DNA from: Candidatus Eiseniibacteriota bacterium
GTDB taxonomy: Bacteria > Eisenbacteria > RBG-16-71-46 > CAIMUX01
DNA length: 64,000 nt
Direction of reading: 5' to 3'
NCBI GenBank assembly: GCA_046327845.1
Contig: JAXLXQ010000018.1
Span: 1,085-65,084 of the forward strand
Shown: piece by piece, positions 1 to 9,744 of the stretch
Layout of the letters: each line of letters begins with the position of its first letter
How positions within the stretch are numbered: position 1 is the stretch's first letter
The notes under the pieces: generated by a model
The model's input: the letters and a program-made list of their open reading frames with translations, nothing else
Told to the model about the DNA's origin: nothing
The model's database searches: none
Translations under genes and position numbers: made by a program

Positions 1-2020
1 CCATGCGGAAGCCTGGGAGGATTTCGAACTCGAAGAAATTCTGGCCCGAGGTGTCGGGGAGATAGTAGGCGTCGGCTGGCGTGCAGGTGTAGTTCGCAGT
101 GATGAAGTACTGCAGCTGCGTCCCGGGCGTGTAGATCCCGTCCCGTAGCATCTCGTTGTTGTTGGTGAACTCGCCGACGTAGTCGTCGTCGTCTTCCCTG
201 AACTCGGAGATGAAGCGATCGCGATACGGAGTCGGGCTCACCTGCGCCGAGTCCATCCTCCCCATGGCGAACTGGCCGCTCGCGCCGACGATCGAAAGCC
301 CGTCGGACACCGCGGTCTTCCACGCGGCGTAACCGGAGGCCGAGGCCTGGCCCGGCCCCTCGCGCCGCACGCGGAACCAGAACTTGGCCTCGTACTTGGT
401 GGACGACGTCGGCGTCGGTCCTTTCACCAGCAGCGAATCACCCAGTCGCCCGATCGGCGGAGTGTTGTGCGCGAGGTCGTAGGTGATGTCGGCGTTCCCC
501 GGCAAGGTCGTCGACAGGAGAGGCGACTTGCTGAATCCGTCCTGGAAGTAGGTGCCGGGGTCAAACGCGATCACCGGCGCGCACGGGATCTTGGTGACTC
601 GGATCACCACGTTATCGATCAGCGGTGTGAAATTCGTAACGTTCGAGCACTGCTGCGGCGGAATCCCGAACGCGTCACACGACGAATACACTTCCCAGGC
701 AAACGACACGAGCTGCGCGTCCCCAGGGATCCCCCAATCGGTCGCGACGTTTCGGTTCTGGAAGCAGATCGGATCGATCCCGGTCGCGTTGAAGATCGAC
801 TGCCCCTTTCGGCCAGACCACATGGTGAGGCCACTGGTGGGACACACGTACGGGTAGTAGTTCCATCCGGGTCGATGGAATACGCCGTTGGCAATCGGCT
901 GGATCGAGTACTGATCCCACTCCGCCAGGATCGTGAAGCACCCGAGGCCGAGCCCGGACTTGTCGGCCGGCGGAGAGTAGGCAAGCACGTGCTGACCGTC
1001 CGGGTGGTCGCCAGCGTCGCCGCTTCCCGCGTGCAGTCCGAGCACGTTGCCCAGAAGCCCACAGCCACACGGATCGAGGATGGTGTACTCGGCGACGTCG
1101 TGGATCCCGAAGAAGGTCCCGACCCCGGAACAGATCGAATTCGTCCATCCCTGCGTGCCCGACTCGTAGTCATAGGTGACCGGGCTCGCCAGGCCCGGGC
1201 CCGTCAGAGCCACATTGTCGACGCCGAAGGGTCCGTAGTTCGTGGAATACTCCCCGTCCTCATCCGACCAGGCACCGTCGGACACGAACTCAAACACGAG
1301 AGAGAAGCTCGGCTGCCCCTGGAACGAGCTCTCTGAGCTCACGTAGGCCACGTGCTTGAAGTCATGCGTCGCCGGATCGCCGATCTTGTCGTCGAAGCCG
1401 GCGCCGTTGAGCGGGAGTCGGTCGCCGCTCGCAAGCTCGAGGCGCACGTGCGTGAAATCGAAGGTCGGCTCGGAGTCATTGAAGTAGTCGAACGCGACCG
1501 TGACGCTGCCGGTACCCACGTAGGAAAAGGCAGGGCTAACCCATCTCTGGCACCAGCGGTTTCCATAGCCGAGCCCTGCGGTCCAGCACAGCGCGTCGGC
1601 TTCGTCCTCGAATGCGCCGACCCAGGCACTCGCCGCGCCGGCGATGATCGGCGCGGCGACGCTGTTTCCGTGCCCCGTCCACGAGGCCGCATCGATGCGC
1701 CGGGCGAACTCACCTTCCCGCATCGACCGGTCCACCGCGTACCAACCTTCCAGACCTCCACCGCCGTGATCGAAGGTCCAGGCTTCGCCCGGCACCGCGT
1801 ACAGCTGCCCGCCGATCGTCTGCACGTAGCCGAAGTTCAGCGTGTCGGCTCGCTCGTGCGCCGCGGGAGCACGCGCGGGGAGATCGATGCCGCTGCATCC
1901 GCCGTCGATCGTCCAGAGCTCCCGACTCTCCGAACCGCGGGCCGCCGCGTCGGTCGACGCTCCGGCGATCCCGAGCAGTGCGAGCAGAAGCATCACGTTC
2001 GTTCGCTTGTCACGTTGCAT
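1..2020 (-). CDS. Large secreted protein, paralog 1 of the tandem family (N-terminal ~673 aa; gene continues past the window start)
   Basis: Absent from the ORF track because it is open at the window edge. Manual translation from ATG 2020 gives MQRDKRTNVMLLLALLGIAGAS (signal-like). The rest is collinear with the 2889 and 6445 products (YVQTIGGQLYAVPGEAWTFDHGGGG, FDYFNDSE, NFTPLIDNV, FISEFREDDDD). G-rich SD GGGGGGA lies 4 nt upstream. Confidence 0.8.
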   Translation of the reverse strand, partial: MQRDKRTNVMLLLALLGIAGASTDAAARGSESRELWTIDGGCSGIDLPARAPAAHERADTLNFGYVQTIGGQLYAVPGEAWTFDHGGGGLEGWYAVDRSMREGEFARRIDAASWTGHGNSVAAPIIAGAASAWVGAFEDEADALCWTAGLGYGNRWCQRWVSPAFSYVGTGSVTVAFDYFNDSEPTFDFTHVRLELASGDRLPLNGAGFDDKIGDPATHDFKHVAYVSSESSFQGQPSFSLVFEFVSDGAWSDEDGEYSTNYGPFGVDNVALTGPGLASPVTYDYESGTQGWTNSICSGVGTFFGIHDVAEYTILDPCGCGLLGNVLGLHAGSGDAGDHPDGQHVLAYSPPADKSGLGLGCFTILAEWDQYSIQPIANGVFHRPGWNYYPYVCPTSGLTMWSGRKGQSIFNATGIDPICFQNRNVATDWGIPGDAQLVSFAWEVYSSCDAFGIPPQQCSNVTNFTPLIDNVVIRVTKIPCAPVIAFDPGTYFQDGFSKSPLLSTTLPGNADITYDLAHNTPPIGRLGDSLLVKGPTPTSSTKYEAKFWFRVRREGPGQASASGYAAWKTAVSDGLSIVGASGQFAMGRMDSAQVSPTPYRDRFISEFREDDDDYVGEFTNNNEMLRDGIYTPGTQLQYFITANYTCTPADAYYLPDTSGQNFFEFEILPGFRM

Positions 2021-2069
2021 GGATCCCCCCTCGAGTGGTGTCACGCTCGCCGCGTCGTCGCGGCCAGGC

Positions 2070-2654
2070 TCACTTGATCAAGATCATCTTCCTCTGCGAT
2101 TCGTAGCCTCCGGCGCGGAGCTGCGACCAGTAGACGCCGGCGGGCAAGCGCGAGCCGGCATCGTCGGTGCCATCCCAGACCGCGGACTGCGGCCCCGCGG
2201 GCAGCACCGCGTCGACGAGGGTTCGCACCTTGCGGCCTCCGATGTCAAAGATCGAGAGTTCGGCCCTGCCCGAAGAACCCAACACGAAGCGCAGCGTGGT
2301 GCGCGGGTTGAAAGGGTTCGGCCGCACCGACTCGAGGCGAGTCGCCGGGCCGAGGTTCGCAGGTTCACCGTCGGGAGCATCGACCCCGCACTGAAAGCCG
2401 TTGTCCGTCGGGGGAATCGGCGACGTCCCGCGTTCGATCCACGCAAGGATCGCCTGCAGCTCGCTCGTAACTCCCGCCAGATTGTGCGCATCGGCGGCGG
2501 AGCACTCCGTGGCGACGTCGCGCGACGACAGGTCGGCGAAGGCGTAGCCGTTGACGATCGTGCGATAGTTGGGCGTGCCGCTCACCGAGCGCATCACTTG
2601 CGCGAAGGGGTGAGGGGCGGGCCCACGACCGTCAGTGCAATCGACGTGGTGCAT
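2070..2654 (-). pseudogene. Deletion remnant of the paralog family: conserved leader and first ~7 codons fused to the last ~185 codons (sorting-domain end only, no signal peptide)
   Basis: Begins MHHVDCT (compare MHQFDSS of the 2889 gene). It then jumps to FAQVMRSVSGTPNYRTIVNGYAFADLSSRD, which matches YAQITKSVTANGSDNYRTVLAGYALGHLSTRD near the C-terminus of the full-length copies. It ends with the same NPFNPRTTLRF...GVYWSQLRAGGYESQRKMILIK tail. The track ORF 2070..2759 is over-extended into the conserved non-coding cassette. Confidence 0.55.
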
Positions 2655-2888
2655 CTGTCCCCCTATCTCTAGTGCGGTAGAGATGTGCGTCGCGGCATCG
2701 CGAGTGCGGCGCCGCGGCGTGCTGCCTCGGGCGTGGGGGGACCCGATTTGCGATCGCACGGGGTGCTGGAGAACCCTGTGTTTTCGCCTGCAACTAGTCT
2801 ACGGACTCGCGCGCGCTGCGGACAGCGCCAAGTTCAGGGGCGACTCGGGGGGCGTGCGGCTCGTCATCGCCCCCCGAGCGGCCACAGC
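2655..2888 (-). repeat. Conserved structured intergenic cassette, copy A (four hairpins plus G-rich SD)
   Basis: Near-identical to 6210..6444. Hairpins: 2844-2878 (11-bp stem CTCGGGGGGCG/CGCCCCCCGAG), 2813-2828 (GCGCTG-CGGA-CAGCGC), 2757-2780 (CACGGGG-TGCTGGAGAA-CCCTGTG) and 2665-2684 (ATCTCTA-GTGCGG-TAGAGAT). The last one abuts the SD and start codon. Confidence 0.75.
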
Positions 2889-5800
2889 TCACTTGAGGAA
2901 GATCATCTTCTTCTGCGATTCATAGCCTCCGGCGCGGAGCTGGGACCAGTAGACGCCGGCAGCGAGCTTGCGTCCCGCGTCGTCGGTGCCGTCCCACACC
3001 GCCGTGTGCTCGCCCGCGACCAGCGCGGTGTCGACCAGCTTCCGCACCGTGCGTCCGTTCACGTCGTAGATCGCGAGCTCGACGTGCCCGGCCGCGGCGA
3101 CGGCGAAGCGCAGCGTGGTGCGCGGATTGAACGGGTTGGGTGTGTTGCCGAGGAGAGCAGTCACGCCGGCAGCGGCTGATGGCGCCTCCTCGTCCACGCC
3201 GGAGCAAGCGCACGAGCACGGATTCTCACACAACGAGGGCCGGGCCGCGTCGCTGCCGAAAATCCAACGCATCGCGGCCCGCAGCTCTTCCGCGACGGCG
3301 GGGACGATGTGCGCGGCGTCCCCGACGCATTCAGTCCCCGCATCCCGGGTCGAGAGGTGACCAAGGGCGTACCCCGCCAGCACCGTGCGGTAGTTGTCAC
3401 TTCCGTTCGCGGTGACCGACTTCGTGATCTGAGCGTAGTTCGTGTCCACCGGAGGGGTGCGGTCGTAATCCCGATAGACGCGGTTGCCCACGCCTCCTCC
3501 CACGTTGGTCAACACGTCGAAGGCGTAGTTCTGCGGGCACCAGTTGCCGTAGAGGTCGGAGTCGACGAGCGGGGCGTAGGCAGCGCCGGTCGCCGGCTCC
3601 AAACGAACGCATGAACTCTCATCGGCCGGAGCCGACGGTCCACACGTGGGCTCGTGATAGGCGTCACACGCGAGGCCCGCACCGCAGTAATTGGCGAGGA
3701 AGGCAGGCCCCTTCGCTTGCAAGATCGCGGCGAGATCATCACCCGCTCCCATGAAGCCCTGGCGCCCGCTCGTGCCGCTCACGTTCCCATTGCAGACAAG
3801 AGCAGTGAGCCAATCCTGGAACAGGGTGAAGTCGGCAACTTCCATCGATCCGGCCGGCGCCTGCCCGGTATAGAGCAGCACCTGTCGGTAACCCAACATC
3901 CCGTAGAGGGGAATCCCGTTGTTCCCGAGCACGCGGCGCGCGAGCGGCGCATTCCAGCTCGAGGACGCATCGTTGTAGTCGTATCGATCCCACAGAGTCG
4001 GACTTGGAACCGGATCTCCCGGGCCGGCGCCGTTCATCACCACGTTCAGCGCAGACTCGACGAGCGGCTGTTCTCCAGTGTTGAGGTCGACGGTGAGGAG
4101 GCAGGGGAACCTGCTGATACTATTCACCACGCGGAAGCTCGGGAGGATTTCGAACTCCAGGTAGTTTCCGCCGGTGGTGTCCGGCAGGTAGAAGTACTCC
4201 GAAGGCGTGCAGATGTAGTTGCTCGTCACGAAGTACTCGACCTGCGTTCCGGGCCCGAGAATGCCGTCCCGAATCATCTCGTTGCTGTTGGCACCTTCGC
4301 CGGTGAAGTCGTCGTCATCCTCGCGGAACTCGGAGATGAAGAGGGACCGGTAGGTCGACGTGCCGCTCTGGGCCGAATCCATCAGCCCGTAGGTGAACTG
4401 CCCGCCCGGTCCGACGATGTTCAAACCATCGCGCACTGCGTTCTTCCACGCAGCGTAGCCGGGGATTCCCGAGGCACCGGGCCCTTCTCGCCGAATCCGC
4501 CACCAGAGGCGAGCTTCCCACTTGGTGCTGGCACTGGGCTGCGGCCCCTTGACGACGAGTGAATCCCCGAGGAGGTCGGTTGCGTCGTTGTCCCGATGGA
4601 GGTCGTAGACGATGTCAGCGTTGCCAGCGTTGGTGGTGGCGATGAGCAACCCCTGCCCAAACCCATCCTGAAACTGCCCCCCCTCGGTGAAGGAGATCAC
4701 CGGCGCGTTCGGAATGCGCGTGACGCCGACCCGCACGTTGTCGATGAGCGGCGTGAAGTTCGTCGCGTGGGTGCACGCGGTGCTCGGGATTCCAAACGCG
4801 TCGCACGAGGAGTAGACCTCGTAGACGAAGCGCACCAGCTGAGCGTCGCTCGGCACGGCGCTTCCGCCGCTTGCGTTGAACTCGCCCGTGCACTCCGGCG
4901 CCTCGCCGTTGAAGAGGAAGGTGTCGTTGCCGACTCGCCTTGACCACTGCGTCTGCCCGGTATGGGGACAGATCTGCGGGAAGTACAACCACCCGGCGCG
5001 ATAGAAGACTCCGCTGGCCTGTGCCAGCGCGGCATACTGGTCCCACCGGGCTACGGTATCGAAGGTGCCGGCGCCGAGCGCGGACTTGTCGACGATCGGC
5101 GTGACCGCGAACTCGTGCTGACCGACGGGGTGGCTACCCTGGTCACCCGCCCCTGCGTGGAATTCCGCGACATTGCCGGTGAGCTCGCAGGCGCAGGGAT
5201 CGAGGATCGTGTAGTCGCTGAGCGGCGCGACTCCAAAGAAGCTGCCGACGCTCGCGCATGACGCCGCGGCCCAGCCCTGATCGCCCGACTCGAAGTCGTA
5301 GGTCAAGGTCGCGCCGACGCCGGGCCCGCTCAACTCGACGCCGTCGGCTCCGAAGGGTCCGTAGCTCGTCACGTAGTCGCCGTCTTCGTCGGAGTAGCCC
5401 CCGTCCGACACGACCTCGACGACAATGCGAAAGCTCCCCTGTCCTCCGAAGCTGGCTTCAGCCGCCGCGAACTGCGCGTGCGGGAAAACCTGGGTCGCTG
5501 GGTTGCCGATCTTGCCGGTGAAGCCGGCGCCGTTCAACGGCACCGCATCACCGTTCTCCAACTCGAGCCGAACTCGGGTGTAGTCGAAGTCCGCCTCGGT
5601 GTCGTTGAAGTAATCGAACGCGAGGCCCACATCGCCTGAGCCGGCGTAGGCGATCGATGGGCTCACCCAACGCTGGCACCAGTAGTTCCCGTACCCCAAT
5701 CCGGCGGCCCAGCAGAGCGCGTCGGCCTCGTCTTCCATCGCGCCGATCCAGGCGCTGCCGACACCGGCGATGATCGGGGCGGGCACCGCGTTGCCGTGAC

Positions 5801-6209
5801 CGGCCCACGCGGCCGCATCGATGCGGTGAGCGTAGAGCCCGGGCGTGACCGACAGGTCGACCGCATACCAACCCTCGGGGCCGCCCGCGCCGTGATCGAA
5901 AGTCCAAATGTCCCCGGGCACGGCGTACTGCACGCCCGCGATGGTCTGCACGTAGCCGTACCAGAGCGTGTCTGCGCGCTCGCCCCCGCGCGGTGCGCGC
6001 GCGGGCAAGTCGGCGAGTCCGCTCTGATCGCTCGCGACGGTGGAGAGCTCGGCCTTGCGTCCCTGCCCTGTCGCCGAGCCCCATTCGCGAGCACCGGCCG
6101 AACCAGTGGAGAACGCGAACGTCGCCATGAGCGCGGCAACGGTAACGAAATCAGGAGTCCGTTGATGAGGTTCGGACTCGGAGCGATGGCTGGAATCGAA
6201 CTGGTGCAT
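2889..6209 (-). CDS. Large secreted protein, paralog 2 (~1106 aa) with FlgD-Ig/T9SS-like C-terminal sorting domain; function unknown
   Basis: Track ORF 2889..6350 trimmed to the Met at 6209 (MHQFDSS...VAALMATFAFSTGSAGA signal-like), preceded by GGGGGGG SD. The upstream 141 nt belong to the conserved cassette. C-terminus: NPFNPRTTLRFAV...IYDVNGRTVRKLVD...WDGTDDAGRKLAAGVYWSQLRAGGYESQKKMIFLK. No HExxH or other catalytic motif recognised. Confidence 0.85.
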   Translation of the reverse strand: MHQFDSSHRSESEPHQRTPDFVTVAALMATFAFSTGSAGAREWGSATGQGRKAELSTVASDQSGLADLPARAPRGGERADTLWYGYVQTIAGVQYAVPGDIWTFDHGAGGPEGWYAVDLSVTPGLYAHRIDAAAWAGHGNAVPAPIIAGVGSAWIGAMEDEADALCWAAGLGYGNYWCQRWVSPSIAYAGSGDVGLAFDYFNDTEADFDYTRVRLELENGDAVPLNGAGFTGKIGNPATQVFPHAQFAAAEASFGGQGSFRIVVEVVSDGGYSDEDGDYVTSYGPFGADGVELSGPGVGATLTYDFESGDQGWAAASCASVGSFFGVAPLSDYTILDPCACELTGNVAEFHAGAGDQGSHPVGQHEFAVTPIVDKSALGAGTFDTVARWDQYAALAQASGVFYRAGWLYFPQICPHTGQTQWSRRVGNDTFLFNGEAPECTGEFNASGGSAVPSDAQLVRFVYEVYSSCDAFGIPSTACTHATNFTPLIDNVRVGVTRIPNAPVISFTEGGQFQDGFGQGLLIATTNAGNADIVYDLHRDNDATDLLGDSLVVKGPQPSASTKWEARLWWRIRREGPGASGIPGYAAWKNAVRDGLNIVGPGGQFTYGLMDSAQSGTSTYRSLFISEFREDDDDFTGEGANSNEMIRDGILGPGTQVEYFVTSNYICTPSEYFYLPDTTGGNYLEFEILPSFRVVNSISRFPCLLTVDLNTGEQPLVESALNVVMNGAGPGDPVPSPTLWDRYDYNDASSSWNAPLARRVLGNNGIPLYGMLGYRQVLLYTGQAPAGSMEVADFTLFQDWLTALVCNGNVSGTSGRQGFMGAGDDLAAILQAKGPAFLANYCGAGLACDAYHEPTCGPSAPADESSCVRLEPATGAAYAPLVDSDLYGNWCPQNYAFDVLTNVGGGVGNRVYRDYDRTPPVDTNYAQITKSVTANGSDNYRTVLAGYALGHLSTRDAGTECVGDAAHIVPAVAEELRAAMRWIFGSDAARPSLCENPCSCACSGVDEEAPSAAAGVTALLGNTPNPFNPRTTLRFAVAAAGHVELAIYDVNGRTVRKLVDTALVAGEHTAVWDGTDDAGRKLAAGVYWSQLRAGGYESQKKMIFLK

Positions 6210-6444
6210 CTGCCCCCCCAATCTCTCGTGCGGTAGAGATGTGCGTCGCGACCTCGCGGCTGCGGCGTCGCGGCGTGCTGCTTCGGGCGTCGGGGGGACC
6301 CGGTTCGCGATCGCGCGGGGTGCTGGAGAACCCTGTGCTTTCGCCTGCAATCAGTCTATGGACTCTCGCGCGCTGTCGACAGCGCCAAGTTACGGGCCAT
6401 CCGAGGGGCGCGCGGCTCGTCATCGCCCCCCGAGCGGCCGCGGC
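6210..6444 (-). repeat. Conserved structured intergenic cassette, copy B
   Basis: Same four elements as copy A: perfect 16-bp palindrome GCGCTGTCGACAGCGC at 6370-6385, GGGG-TGCTGGAGAA-CCC hairpin near 6313-6338, ATCTCT-CGTGCGGT-AGAGAT at 6221-6240, and an imperfect post-stop GC hairpin near 6403-6436. Confidence 0.75.
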
Positions 6445-9400
6445 TCACTTGAGCAGGATCATCTTCTTCTGCGATTCGTAGCCTCCGGCGCGAAGCTGCG
6501 ACCAGTAGACCCCGGCGCCGAGCTTGCGACCCAAGTCATTGGTCCCATCCCAGACCACCGTGTGCTCGCCCGCGACGAGCGCGGCATCGACCAGCTTCCG
6601 CACCGTGCGGCCGTTCACGTCGTAGATCGTGAGTTCTGCGTGTCCGGCCTCGGAGAGCGCGAAGCGCAGCGTGGTCCGCGGATTGAACGGGTTGGGCGAG
6701 TTGCCGAGGAGGGCGGACACACCCAAGTTCACGGGGGTCCCCTCCACCGCCGTCGGTCCATCCACGCACGGGTTCTGGCAGAACGACGGCCGGTTCGCGT
6801 CGCTGCCGAAGATCCAGCGCATCCCCGCGCGCAGCTCCTCCGCGGCGGCGGGGACAATGTGGGCATCGTCACCAGCGCATTCACTTCCGACATCCCGGAA
6901 GGAGAGGTGGCCGAGTGCGTACCCGGCCAGCACCGTGCGGTAGTTGTCCGTGCCGGACGCCGTGACCGACTTCGTGATCTGAGCGTAGTTCGTATCCAAG
7001 GGAGGGGTACGGTCATAGTCCCGATAGACGCGATTGCCCACTCCGCCGGAGAATTTGGTCAGCACGTCGAAGGCGTAGCTCTGCGGGCACCAGTTGCCGT
7101 AAAGGTCGGAATCGATCAGCGGTGGGTATGCAGCGCCGGTCGCCGGCTCCAGCCGAACACATGCACTCTCGTCGGCCGGACTCGACGGTCCGCATGTCGG
7201 CGCATGATAGGCATCGCACGCGAGGTCCGCGCCGCAGTAGTTGGCGAGGAAGTTCGGCCCCCTCTCCTGCAAGATCGCGCCGATGTCATCTCCCGCTCCC
7301 ATGAAACCCTGCCGCCCGCCGGATCCGCTGATGTTGCCATTGCAGAGGAGCGATGAAATCCAGTCCCCAAGGAAGTCAAAGTCCGCCGATTCCATCGATC
7401 CCGCCGGCGCGCGGCCGGTGTAGAGCAGAACTTGTCGGTATCCGAGCATCGTGATGAGCGAAAGGCCATTGTTTCCAAACGTGCTGCGCGCAAGCGGCGC
7501 ATTCCAGCTCGAGGACGCATCGTCGTAGTCATAGCGATCCCAGAGCGTCGGATTGGGGAGAGGATCCCCCGGGCCAGCGCCGTTCATCACGACGTTCAGC
7601 GCCGACTCAACCACCGGCTGTTCACCCGTGTTGAGGTCGATGGTCAGGAGGCAGGGAAACTTGCCGGTACCGCTCACCACACGCCAGCTCGGCAGGATCT
7701 CGAACTCCAGGTAGTTCCCGCCGGTGGTGTCCGGAAGGTAGAAGTACTCTGACGGCGTGCAGACGTAGTTGCTCGTCACGAAGTACTCGATCTGAGTCCC
7801 GGGAGGGAGAATGCCGTCTCGAATCATCTCGTTGCTGTTGGCGCCTTCTCCGGTGAAGTCGTCATCGTCTTCACGGAACTCCGAAATGAATCGAGAGCGG
7901 TAGATCGACGTTCCGCTCTGCGCCGAGTCCATCACTCCGTACGTGAACTGTCCGCTCGGCCCGACGATGTTCAGGCCATCGCGCACCGCGTTCTTCCACA
8001 CGCTGTAGCCGGCGACTCCCGTTCCTGGGCCTTCTCGCCGGATCCGCCACCAGAGGCGCGCTTCCCACTTGGTGCTGCTGCTCGGCTCCGGTCCCCTCAC
8101 GACCAGCGAGTCACCGAGGAGGTCAGGCGCGTCCGAGTCGAGGTGAAGGTCGAAGGTAATGTCGGCGTTGCCCGCGTTGGTGGTGGCGAGTAGCAATCCC
8201 TGCCCAAACCCATCCTGAAACTGCCCCCCCTCGGTGAAGGAGATCACCGGCGCGTTCGGAATGCGCGTGACGCCGACCCGCACGTTGTCGATCAGCGGCG
8301 TGAAGTTCGTGATGTTGGAGCAGACCGAGCTCGGGATCCCGAACGCGTCACACGACGCGAAGACCTCGAACACGAACGACGCCAGCGGAGTGTCGCCGGG
8401 GATTCCCCACTCGGTCGCTACATTGCGGTAGCGCGCGCACAGCGGCGCATCGCCCGTGAACTGATAGGTGCTCTGCCCCATGCGCCGTGACCACTGAGAG
8501 ACGCCGGTGATGGGGCAGATCCAGGGGTAGTAGCTCCACCCTGGTCGGTAGAAGACCCCGTTCGCCTGAGGCAGGATCGAGTATTGATCCCACTCCGCGA
8601 CGATCGCGGTGTTGGCCGGGCCCATGGCCGACTTGTCGATCGGCGGAGAGAAGAGCCGCTCGTGCTGGCCCACCGGGTGCGCGCCCGCGTCCCCCAGCCC
8701 CGCGTGCAAACCGACTACGTTTCCCGCGAGCCGACACTCGCACGGGTCGAGAATCGTGTACTTGGCGAGATCATGGATCGCGAAGAAGGTCCCCACCGCG
8801 GAACAGGGCGCCGCCGACCAACCCTGGGCATCGGCTTCGTAGTCGTAGTTGAGTGCCGAACCGACTCCGGACCCCGAGAGGACAATGTTGTCGACCGCGA
8901 ACGGCCCGTAGTCGGTGGGATAGGCGCCCTCCTCGTCCGACCAGCCGCCATCGCTAGTGAACTCGAACAGCAGGGTGAAGCTCGTTTGACCGACGAGCGA
9001 GCCTTCGGGCACGAGGTAGTTCGCGTGGGCAAAGCTCTGAGCCGCCGGGTTGCCGATCTTCCCGGTGAACCCCGCCCCGTTGAAGTCGATCTTGTCCCCG
9101 TTGGCCAGCGTGAGGCGTACGCCGGTGTAGTCGAACTGGTCTTCGCTGTCGTTGAAGTAGTCGAACGCGAGCGTCACGTCGCCGCTGCCTAAGTAGGCGA
9201 TTGGCGGACTGACCCAACGCTGGCACCAGTTGTTGCCGTACCCGAGCCCTCCCTCCCAGCAGAGCGCGTCGGCTTCGTCTTCCATCACACCGAACCAGGC
9301 GCTCCCGATGCCGCTGATGATCGGCGCCGGCACTTGATTTTCATGGCCCGCCCACGCGGCGACATCGATCCTTCGACAGTCTTGCGCGGTAGTGACCGAC

Positions 9401-9744
9401 AGGTCGACCGCGTACCAACCCTCCGCTCCGCCCGCACCGTGGTCGAAGGTCCAGGTCTCCCCAGGCACGGCGTACCGCACACCGGCGATGGTTTGCACGT
9501 AGCCGTACCAGACCGTGTCGGCGCGTGCGCCCCACCGCGGTGCGCGCGCGGGCAAGTCGGCAAGTCCGCTCTGATCGCCCGGGGCGGTGAAGAACTCGAG
9601 CGCGCGGCCACGCGCGGATGCGGTGTCGATCACGCGCGCATTCGTCCCGACGAACGAAAGGGTCGAGAGGAGTGGCAGGACGAAAGCGGTGAGCTGGGCC
9701 CCTAGCCGGACAGTGCGGCGAGAAGAACGATTCGTGCGGTCCAT
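6445..9744 (-). CDS. Large secreted protein, paralog 3 (~1099 aa) with FlgD-Ig/T9SS-like C-terminal sorting domain
   Basis: Track ORF 6445..9987 trimmed to the Met at 9744 (MDRTNRSSRRTVRLGAQLTAFVLPLLSTLSFVG). The longer form would overlap the gdh 3' end. GGGAGGAGAG SD. The C-terminal ~750 aa are nearly identical to paralog 2; the N-terminal third is more divergent. Confidence 0.85.
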   Translation of the reverse strand: MDRTNRSSRRTVRLGAQLTAFVLPLLSTLSFVGTNARVIDTASARGRALEFFTAPGDQSGLADLPARAPRWGARADTVWYGYVQTIAGVRYAVPGETWTFDHGAGGAEGWYAVDLSVTTAQDCRRIDVAAWAGHENQVPAPIISGIGSAWFGVMEDEADALCWEGGLGYGNNWCQRWVSPPIAYLGSGDVTLAFDYFNDSEDQFDYTGVRLTLANGDKIDFNGAGFTGKIGNPAAQSFAHANYLVPEGSLVGQTSFTLLFEFTSDGGWSDEEGAYPTDYGPFAVDNIVLSGSGVGSALNYDYEADAQGWSAAPCSAVGTFFAIHDLAKYTILDPCECRLAGNVVGLHAGLGDAGAHPVGQHERLFSPPIDKSAMGPANTAIVAEWDQYSILPQANGVFYRPGWSYYPWICPITGVSQWSRRMGQSTYQFTGDAPLCARYRNVATEWGIPGDTPLASFVFEVFASCDAFGIPSSVCSNITNFTPLIDNVRVGVTRIPNAPVISFTEGGQFQDGFGQGLLLATTNAGNADITFDLHLDSDAPDLLGDSLVVRGPEPSSSTKWEARLWWRIRREGPGTGVAGYSVWKNAVRDGLNIVGPSGQFTYGVMDSAQSGTSIYRSRFISEFREDDDDFTGEGANSNEMIRDGILPPGTQIEYFVTSNYVCTPSEYFYLPDTTGGNYLEFEILPSWRVVSGTGKFPCLLTIDLNTGEQPVVESALNVVMNGAGPGDPLPNPTLWDRYDYDDASSSWNAPLARSTFGNNGLSLITMLGYRQVLLYTGRAPAGSMESADFDFLGDWISSLLCNGNISGSGGRQGFMGAGDDIGAILQERGPNFLANYCGADLACDAYHAPTCGPSSPADESACVRLEPATGAAYPPLIDSDLYGNWCPQSYAFDVLTKFSGGVGNRVYRDYDRTPPLDTNYAQITKSVTASGTDNYRTVLAGYALGHLSFRDVGSECAGDDAHIVPAAAEELRAGMRWIFGSDANRPSFCQNPCVDGPTAVEGTPVNLGVSALLGNSPNPFNPRTTLRFALSEAGHAELTIYDVNGRTVRKLVDAALVAGEHTVVWDGTNDLGRKLGAGVYWSQLRAGGYESQKKMILLK

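Noticed and set aside
6324-6339. Sigma54-like TGG-N9-TGC element inside the repeated cassette (plus strand)
   Set aside because: Wrong strand for the adjacent genes. The -12 GC is present only in copy B (copy A has GT). It coincides with the loop and 3' arm of the conserved hairpin.
6210-6350. 5' extensions of the paralog ORFs (6210..6350, 9745..9987, 2655..2759)
   Set aside because: The extensions translate the conserved non-coding cassette and, for 9745..9987, overlap the gdh 3' end. Internal Met codons with G-rich SD and signal-like sequences are better starts.
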